From sequence record NC_048203.1: a stretch of DNA of 64,000 nt; one strand, given 5' to 3'. Both the position numbers and the translations under genes were made by a program. The notes beneath the pieces were generated by a model. It saw only the letters and a program-made list of their open reading frames with translations, had not been told where the DNA came from and did no database searches. Below are positions 57,903 through 64,000 of the stretch, one piece after another; position 1 is the first letter of the stretch; each line of letters opens with the position of its first letter. Origin of the DNA: Escherichia phage vB_Eco_mar003J3.

Positions 57903-58044
57903 AAATGCGAGTCATTCTCATTATCATTAGCGTTTCCCTTCCTAAATGCAAATCATTCTCATTCGTATTCCGGTAGTCAAATGATAACTGTTCTCATTCG
58001 CATTCAACTTCTCAAATGCGAATCATTCTCATTATCATTCGCAT
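57903..58044. repeat. four direct repeats of AAATGCGAATCATTCTCATTatCATT-like unit
   Basis: Copies begin at 57903, 57944, 57979, 58013 (period ~35-41 bp). Confidence 0.8.
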
Positions 58045-58053
58045 TTCGGCAGG

Positions 58054-58076
58054 CAGGGCAATTTGCCCTGCGCTTT
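58054..58076 (+). terminator. palindrome plus T-run (terminator-like)
   Basis: CAGGGCA-ATT-TGCCCTG followed by CGCTTTTG. Confidence 0.45.
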
Positions 58077-58077
58077 T

Positions 58078-58677
58078 GTGCAAATCCGACATTTGCCCCC
58101 ACGGATTACGTGCCAGTGTGCATGTGCGAATCCGACAATTTTTGGTAGTGTGCAAATCCGATGGGAAATATTTTTTATATGTGCGAATCCGACAATGAAT
58201 TTTCCTAAAAACTCCAGCAATCCGCAACTGCGATGCAATCCAGCTGGATTTACTAGAATATGTGCAAAACCGACAAGTGTTAAGGTGTGCGAATCCGACA
58301 AGATTTTTGTGACTTCGATTGGAGGGTGTGTGATTGTGTGGGTTTGGGGAGAAGTGCGAATCCGATGAGATTTTGGGAGGAACTACGGAAGGAGCAGCGG
58401 TGATGGTGCTTTAGCACCGATTTGCTGCATTTTTGGGGATAATGCGGGATGTTTTGGCTAGAATTGAGATTAGTGGAGATAAAGCGAAATTTTATTAGCA
58501 AAATGGGGCAAAATCGCTTGACAAGTGAAAATTCCTGTGGCTCTAAAAACTCAGGCAATCATGGGCCTTCGGCCCGAAATAATGCTGCTATTTTCAGTGT
58601 TCCTAAAAACTTTGGAGACTCCTATCAATGTGCAAATCCGACCATAAATTTCTAGAAACATAATGTGCAAATCCGAT
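58078..58677. repeat. iteron-like array: nine copies of (T)GTGCRAATCCGAYA
   Basis: Copies at 58078, 58124, 58150, 58181, 58262, 58287, 58354, 58630, 58665, all same orientation, irregular spacing. Confidence 0.85.
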
Positions 58678-58721
58678 AGCAATTTCCAGAAATGTGTTTT
58701 GGAAAAATGTCTCCTAGAAAT

Positions 58722-58793
58722 AACCGCCCTCCCTATAACCGCCCTGTATAGGAAACCGCCCTAGGATATGTAACGTTGGAGAGAAACTGCCCT
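58722..58793. repeat. four direct copies of AAC(C/T)GCCCT
   Basis: At 58722, 58737, 58754, 58785 with 15-31 bp spacing. Confidence 0.7.
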
Positions 58794-59210
58794 AGAATGC
58801 GTGAGAAACAGATTTAAAGTTTAGTGTAAACTCTAGAGTTAATGCTCAACTATTCCTAGAAACTTAGGAGTCTACTAGAAAGTGTTGTGCCATCCTAGCA
58901 GATGAGCGGCAACCGGTGTATCATCTTGAACACAAATATTGCCTTTAAATATTATAAGGTAAATAAAAGTTAATATACCCCCATTTCATGAGAGTTAGCC
59001 CCTCTAGGCGCGTGCGATTTGATACATCCTCCTGAGTCTCGGGGAGGAAGAACAATTGACGAGAACCTGCAAGCAGAACCGTCATCAAGTATTTTCCTAC
59101 GAGGAATGATGTAAATCTACGGCCTAGAGGTAAAAACAAGTTGATGTTTTTAATCTATGAGATTATTATAACATGCAGCTCAAATAATGTCAAGAAGATT
59201 TTGCTAACGT

Positions 59211-59936
59211 TTATAGATCGTGATTGACTTTGAGTATGACTCCCTTCGATGCCATGAAAAGGAATGTTGCTAGGTAAGATGACTCGGAATTTAGCGCAGA
59301 ATAATCTACACTTCCTCTAGGTCTAGTTTCTTGTTTAGTGTCAAGAATTGTTTCGATATCAAACTTAACAGATCTTGCAACTTTTCTAGCTTGTTCAGGA
59401 TCACGTAAGATTTCAAAGTGAGCAGCATCTAGAATATGGTTAGATGATGTTGATTCGTCAACTATACTTAGATGAACCTGCGCAAGTGTAGATACGATTC
59501 CTAGCTTTAATTCAGATAGAGAAGAATATGGTGGTTCTACTTTCTTTGTAAGTCTAGGGAGATGATCGTATTTACATTGCTTTTGAGGAATCATCAGAAT
59601 ATTAGGATAACATTCTAAACATGACTTTGCATTTCCTTCTTTAAAATGCGGGAGTTCTTTATCTGCAAAGACGTGGAATGAATCTGCTGAAAATCCTTTA
59701 ATAGTAGGATCAACAGTTTGAATCAGACGACGTAAACTAATATATGAAGGAGCTAATGTGACTTCTTCTGCATCTTTATTATATTTAGGTTGCCCACTAG
59801 CATTAATATATGCTGGATAAAACTCTGCACAAAATGCTACTGCATGAGCTTCTAACTCATTAAGTTCGGAAACATTCTTTCCATTACAAGCTCTAGCTAA
59901 CTTAATAATCTCTGCTAAATTCTTTTTTATACTCAT
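59211..59936 (-). CDS. hypothetical early protein (241 aa)
   Basis: Long ORF, first of a tightly packed - strand operon. Confidence 0.6.
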   Translation of the reverse strand: MSIKKNLAEIIKLARACNGKNVSELNELEAHAVAFCAEFYPAYINASGQPKYNKDAEEVTLAPSYISLRRLIQTVDPTIKGFSADSFHVFADKELPHFKEGNAKSCLECYPNILMIPQKQCKYDHLPRLTKKVEPPYSSLSELKLGIVSTLAQVHLSIVDESTSSNHILDAAHFEILRDPEQARKVARSVKFDIETILDTKQETRPRGSVDYSALNSESSYLATFLFMASKGVILKVNHDL

Positions 59937-60241
59937 ATATAATCATCCGGTTTTGTTTTAGTTTTTGTTACTGATTTCACTGAAGGATCTAACTTAATCC
60001 ACGTAAACCCTAGCTGCTCAGATAAGTGAGATATATTTCTAGGTGTTATTTTTATATTTGGAGGTAACTTAAATACTAGGTCTTTAAGTAACTTCATATC
60101 ATCTGAACCAATGAAGAGAATATACTGCATATCTTCTTTTTGTTCATATTCGTTTTCAGATAATGTACTAACTCCGACTGTATGTTTATTGAGTGTGGCC
60201 ACCTTACAGCGGCCTACAGTAAACTGAGTAATTATATCCAT
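59933..60241 (-). CDS. hypothetical protein (102 aa)
   Basis: 4-bp overlap with downstream gene. Confidence 0.5.
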   Translation of the reverse strand: MDIITQFTVGRCKVATLNKHTVGVSTLSENEYEQKEDMQYILFIGSDDMKLLKDLVFKLPPNIKITPRNISHLSEQLGFTWIKLDPSVKSVTKTKTKPDDYI

Positions 60242-60852
60242 TAACGACCTCTAGCCTTATCTGCATCAATAGCTTCGAATACTTTCGTTAACATTTCTTC
60301 AAGCTCACCTTCTTTGCTAGGATTGCTCAAACGAATAGTATATGAGTTCCTAGAAACTCCTGAGTCTTCTTGTGCTCCGCGATCTTTTGCAAAGCCCATC
60401 ATTGCAACGCCAGCTTTATTCCACTCGTCTACGCTAGATGCTTCCCCAAATTTATATGATTGCGTATTGCTTACCACGCCACCACAAGGAACATTGTGCA
60501 TATCCGACATTAATCTTTTATCAGAATTATTCAGCATTGCGATTGGCCCTGACTGCCACGGATCCCGAATAGTCACTGGAGTACTAGGGCGATTCACCTC
60601 AGTCTTCACGAGTTTGTATCCAGCATCGATTAGTGCATTAATCAGATTATCAGCCGGGATACGAGCCGTGCCAAAGATAGCACGAGCATTCATAAGCTTA
60701 GCCTGAAATTCCTTGCAACCTTGAAGATCAGTGTGCAAAAACGACAGTTGCATAGATTTAAACTGTACTGTAGCAGTCAGATCTTTAAAGCTGTAATCCC
60801 ATGTGTCGAGTTCATGATCTGCAACTACTTTAATGGTTTGTTGTGTAAACAT
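60241..60852 (-). CDS. hypothetical protein (203 aa)
   Basis: Long ORF in operon context. Confidence 0.6.
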   Translation of the reverse strand: MFTQQTIKVVADHELDTWDYSFKDLTATVQFKSMQLSFLHTDLQGCKEFQAKLMNARAIFGTARIPADNLINALIDAGYKLVKTEVNRPSTPVTIRDPWQSGPIAMLNNSDKRLMSDMHNVPCGGVVSNTQSYKFGEASSVDEWNKAGVAMMGFAKDRGAQEDSGVSRNSYTIRLSNPSKEGELEEMLTKVFEAIDADKARGR

Positions 60853-61037
60853 TATCTATTCTCCAGTTTATCTAACAGCTTACGAGCTGCGATATTATGT
60901 TGTTTAATTTCTCGGTTAAGAATTTCATTTTCACTATTTAATTCTAGATTCTTGGTATTAAGACTACTACAGCAAACCACTAACCCTAGAACTGCCACTA
61001 GAGACGCTACTAATATAACGAGAAATAATATTTCCAT
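60852..61037 (-). CDS. small membrane protein (61 aa)
   Basis: N-terminal TM helix then coiled-coil-like tail. Confidence 0.45.
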   Translation of the reverse strand: MEILFLVILVASLVAVLGLVVCCSSLNTKNLELNSENEILNREIKQHNIAARKLLDKLENR

Positions 61038-61270
61038 TATTTAATTCCCATGTATCTTTTTAGGTATTCGATGAAGTCTTCAGCTTTATGCTCTTGACTG
61101 CCCTGAGCCACGAATAACTTTAGAACCTCACGCTGTTGTTTAAGAACAGAGACTTCTCTCCGCAATTTCACAGTATCGTCAATGATCTGGTTAGCATAAC
61201 GAGTCTTGCGCACAGCGGTATTGATAGCGAAGACTAGTGCGATTAGTAAAATAATTAATACATATTCCAT
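61037..61270 (-). CDS. small membrane protein (77 aa)
   Basis: N-terminal TM helix then charged coiled-coil-like tail. Confidence 0.45.
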   Translation of the reverse strand: MEYVLIILLIALVFAINTAVRKTRYANQIIDDTVKLRREVSVLKQQREVLKLFVAQGSQEHKAEDFIEYLKRYMGIK

Positions 61271-61557
61271 CAGTTACTCCAGATTAGCATCCAGCTCTTG
61301 TCGAACGTGGCTGCTCTGTTAATTAATTCGCCCATAGAAACGTTATTGTTGTCTATGGCTTCTTGTACAAACTCTTTACCGAAATCATCTACTAGGTATT
61401 CTGTACCATTTATAATAATCTTGTAGAGAGTTGGGACTAAAGGATGTTGATGATTAAGAGGACTCTCGTTAACAATTATCTCATTCCTTCCCCACGTCGT
61501 TTTGAACATTTTATGGGATAGTAGAGCTAATGGATTTGACCAGACTACGTACTCCAT
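61270..61557 (-). CDS. hypothetical protein (95 aa)
   Basis: ORF in operon context. Confidence 0.45.
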   Translation of the reverse strand: MEYVVWSNPLALLSHKMFKTTWGRNEIIVNESPLNHQHPLVPTLYKIIINGTEYLVDDFGKEFVQEAIDNNNVSMGELINRAATFDKSWMLIWSN

Positions 61558-62023
61558 CTTTCTTTAACTCCTGTTTTAACTTTTGATCTTTATTATACCA
61601 AATTATGTGCTCACCGTCAACTACAAATTTGTGGAAAGGTGCTGGTACGGTATACACTCCATATTCTGTTAAGCGTGTTACAACTTTATGAGCACATAAT
61701 CGGCAACCATGTCCTTCTAAGTGAGACCGTGCAGTTTGTAAGAAGTAACCATCGTGATCTGGGCAATAGATCTCAACCTGCTGTTGCATAGTTCTATACT
61801 TAACTCTTTCATATCCAAAGAACTTACCATGTGCTTCTACAGCTCTCCTGATAAAGATTAGATTAAGTGCATCTTGCTGGAAGTCTATATGAAGTTGTTT
61901 GAGTTTAATTCTATTAATAGATCCATCTGATTTAGTGAATCTATTTATGGGAAACTGTAATGCTTCCTCATAAAGTAATTCGTTTATTTTATCTCTCATA
62001 GTATACACGAAAGGCCAGAACAA
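61511..62023 (-). CDS. hypothetical protein (170 aa), Cys/His-containing
   Basis: CPDHDGYF...HGCRLCAH, possible zinc-binding. Confidence 0.5.
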   Translation of the reverse strand: MFWPFVYTMRDKINELLYEEALQFPINRFTKSDGSINRIKLKQLHIDFQQDALNLIFIRRAVEAHGKFFGYERVKYRTMQQQVEIYCPDHDGYFLQTARSHLEGHGCRLCAHKVVTRLTEYGVYTVPAPFHKFVVDGEHIIWYNKDQKLKQELKKDGVRSLVKSISSTIP

Positions 62024-62043
62024 TTAAGTCCTGGCCTCTAGGA

Positions 62044-62493
62044 TTAGTGAAGTTGCTTGCCGTTTAAGGCCATATCAGCAGTTTCCAGAAGAGATTCAGT
62101 AATCTCACGAGAAACTAGATATTCATCAATTGAGTGGCGGCGTTTATAAGCGTAAGCATTAACAATCAGATCTAGAGCACCGAGAACATCATGAACAGTT
62201 ACTTCTTCATTATTGTCTAGCTCTTCTTGGGTAATCTCAATTAACTGGCCAACTGCCATTAAAAGCCCAAGAATATCTGCTGTTTCACCTGCCACCAGCG
62301 GATTAGCACATCCTACTGTAAGATCGAAAGCATGATTGACAATTGACTGTCCATCAACGCTTCCTTCCTCAATCTGCTTCTCCAACTGCTTCATCTGCTC
62401 TAGCACTGGATTTTTCTTTTGTGTCATGGTAAAGATTTCCTGTATCAGTTGGAAGGAATGCCGATTGTGCCTTCGGCGGATGTTGTTTAGCAA
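62044..62493 (-). CDS. hypothetical protein
   Basis: 149-aa frame; real start probably internal (MTQKK...). Confidence 0.5.
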   Translation of the reverse strand: MLNNIRRRHNRHSFQLIQEIFTMTQKKNPVLEQMKQLEKQIEEGSVDGQSIVNHAFDLTVGCANPLVAGETADILGLLMAVGQLIEITQEELDNNEEVTVHDVLGALDLIVNAYAYKRRHSIDEYLVSREITESLLETADMALNGKQLH

Positions 62494-62836
62494 TCCAGTT
62501 GAGGATCAGTACACGGCTAGGAACGATATCGGTATTATACCAGAAGTCATGAACCCAATGTCGTGCATCTTCGAACTTACCGAACTTATATGCTTTCTTG
62601 AACAGTTCAAAACCAAAGCAGTCAGGTGCAAAATCTACGTCACGATAAAGAATTACCTTAGAACCGGTGAGATCTTGAATCGCTGCGTTAATCTCTGTAT
62701 GTGAGAACTTCGTCTCATGGAAAGTATTAAAGAAGCGGTAATTAAAACGTCCGTTCGTTTCGACAAACAACTGGATGAATAAATCATTAAATTGGCCATC
62801 AAACCAGTAATTCTGTAATCTTTGCAGTGCTGTCAT
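62369..62836 (-). CDS. hypothetical protein (155 aa)
   Basis: ORF in operon context; partial overlap with downstream ORF. Confidence 0.5.
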   Translation of the reverse strand: MTALQRLQNYWFDGQFNDLFIQLFVETNGRFNYRFFNTFHETKFSHTEINAAIQDLTGSKVILYRDVDFAPDCFGFELFKKAYKFGKFEDARHWVHDFWYNTDIVPSRVLILNWIAKQHPPKAQSAFLPTDTGNLYHDTKEKSSARADEAVGEAD

Positions 62837-63033
62837 TTACGAACTCCATTTATTGCTGCTATAACGCCTTCATACATGAAAGGAAGAACTTGTGAAATGT
62901 GGAAATCTTGAACTGTCCAACCAGCCTCTTGATACATAATGTTAATGATTGCACAACTTAACATAAAAGCTGGTAGAATTATAAAGTAATCCCACGTTGC
63001 TTTCTGCAAGTTAGGGTTATAAAAATTAATCAT
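62833..63033 (-). CDS. small membrane protein (66 aa)
   Basis: Hydrophobic core segment. Confidence 0.4.
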   Translation of the reverse strand: MINFYNPNLQKATWDYFIILPAFMLSCAIINIMYQEAGWTVQDFHISQVLPFMYEGVIAAINGVRK

Positions 63034-63133
63034 CTATTTTTAAGTCTCCGTATTACTTTGGCCTGCTCAACGATTATGAAAACGGCAACCACTAAACCGA
63101 AGATTAGGATTGCCGTAACAGTTGTTAAATCAA

Positions 63134-63466
63134 TCAAGGCAGACGCCAAACGTAATGGGCTGTCCAAAGTGTTTCTGGTTCATCGTCATTATGCATCACT
63201 AGGGACTCTGGAGAATAACTATTAGCTAGTTCTTTACGAACCATTTCACGTTCTTCACCAGTTTCAATATTTTTAACAATCACTTTCATATTAAGAGGAG
63301 TTAGCTCAGAAAGCGGTCGCCATAAGTCTTCCAGATCTGTTTTAGTTTTATTCTGGATGGATTGCAAGACTTCTAGTGTCTGAGGATTTACATTAATAAA
63401 CCCACGTTCAGTAACAAAACCTAGAAACTCGTCCAGCAGGATTAATTCACTAAAATTAAGCTTCAT
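63134..63466 (-). CDS. hypothetical protein (110 aa)
   Basis: ORF in operon context. Confidence 0.5.
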   Translation of the reverse strand: MKLNFSELILLDEFLGFVTERGFINVNPQTLEVLQSIQNKTKTDLEDLWRPLSELTPLNMKVIVKNIETGEEREMVRKELANSYSPESLVMHNDDEPETLWTAHYVWRLP

Positions 63467-63701
63467 CTTTCAGAATATCCTCGATCATGTCAGAAGATTG
63501 CTGTAGTTCGTCTACAATGCGTTTAACGTCAGTTTTTGTCACTTTACCTGCCAACATCGTGAACAACATAGCAACAATGATGATAGGGACTGGCAGAACA
63601 AACAGTGCTACTTTACCAACGTTCTTTGGAGTCCAGGTGTGATACTTAGTAACCAGAATACCAACAATAACCAGATAAAAAGCTAAGATAATTAACATCA
63701 T
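63456..63701 (-). CDS. small membrane protein (81 aa)
   Basis: Two hydrophobic helices. Confidence 0.45.
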   Translation of the reverse strand: MMLIILAFYLVIVGILVTKYHTWTPKNVGKVALFVLPVPIIIVAMLFTMLAGKVTKTDVKRIVDELQQSSDMIEDILKDEA

Positions 63702-63979
63702 TTCTTAATCTCCGTGATTACCTGAGCGCGCAGGACTTTAATAGGAAGTTTAGTGTTACCAACAAGAGCTTCAATATTCTTTAGCTTTTCTTTGAGAAGA
63801 TCTGAACGTCTTTGTGTGTCCTCGATATCTTTTTCAGCAGCTATATATTTTTCCCAGAGCGCATTATTGGTGGCCTTCATTGCTTCCATATTTTTATTAG
63901 CATTAAGAATGCCAATGATTCCACCAATTGCTGCTAAAGTAGTGAGAACCAGCAATCCAATTAAAATTTCTGTAATCAT
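63698..63979 (-). CDS. small membrane protein (93 aa)
   Basis: N-terminal TM helix then coiled-coil-like tail. Confidence 0.45.
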   Translation of the reverse strand: MITEILIGLLVLTTLAAIGGIIGILNANKNMEAMKATNNALWEKYIAAEKDIEDTQRRSDLLKEKLKNIEALVGNTKLPIKVLRAQVITEIKK

Positions 63980-64000
63980 TTAAATACTCCATTAGCACAC

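Noticed and set aside
57882-58655. Several 60-100-aa ORFs on both strands within the repeat-rich region
   Set aside because: They overlap one another in different frames, are built from the repeats themselves, and lack RBSs; the region is better explained as non-coding binding-site arrays.
58078-58677. Possible CRISPR array
   Set aside because: Repeat unit is only about 14 bp, spacing is highly irregular (25-270 bp), and no cas genes or leader are present; iteron-like array instead.
1-64000. tRNA genes, integrase or other lysogeny functions
   Set aside because: No T-loop-like GTTCRANYC motifs in tRNA-sized non-coding stretches were seen by eye, and no integrase or repressor-like ORFs. A tRNA scan (tRNAscan-SE or ARAGORN) would be needed to exclude tRNAs formally.

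Overview
This window reads as a contiguous piece of a T5-like virulent coliphage genome (Demerecviridae / Tequintavirus-type). The assignment rests on gene order, protein sizes and recognisable motifs, and on a near-exact match (from memory) to the classical T5 PN25 promoter at 854-882; no database search was run. Layout: (1) 1-19.6 kb, + strand early replication and nucleotide-metabolism module: split NAD-dependent ligase, DnaB-like helicase, HNH endonuclease, primase, 855-aa family-A DNA polymerase, SF2 helicase, SbcD/SbcC-like nuclease, D15-type flap endonuclease, dUTPase, driven by at least seven T5-type promoters. (2) 19.7-47.6 kb, - strand late module: two L-shaped tail-fibre genes, collar, pb4/pb3/pb9 tail tip, 1235-aa tape measure, chaperones, tail tube, capsid, protease, portal, terminase, and a 593-aa receptor-binding protein divergent from an Llp-like lipoprotein gene. 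(3) 48-58.8 kb, pre-early / terminal-repeat-like region: dmp, A1-like phosphoesterase, A2-like protein, small membrane proteins, a + strand cassette of unknown genes, and a repeat-rich non-coding region with DnaA boxes, SOS-box-like palindromes and iteron arrays. (4) 59.2-64 kb, - strand small early genes of unknown function. Late genes lying directly next to pre-early genes suggests the terminal redundancy is collapsed in this assembly. The strongest candidates for something new are the distal tail-fibre gene split by a single in-frame TAG, and the repeat-bracketed unknown cassette and regulatory hub at 53.6-58.8 kb. Most functional calls are inference from motifs and synteny.
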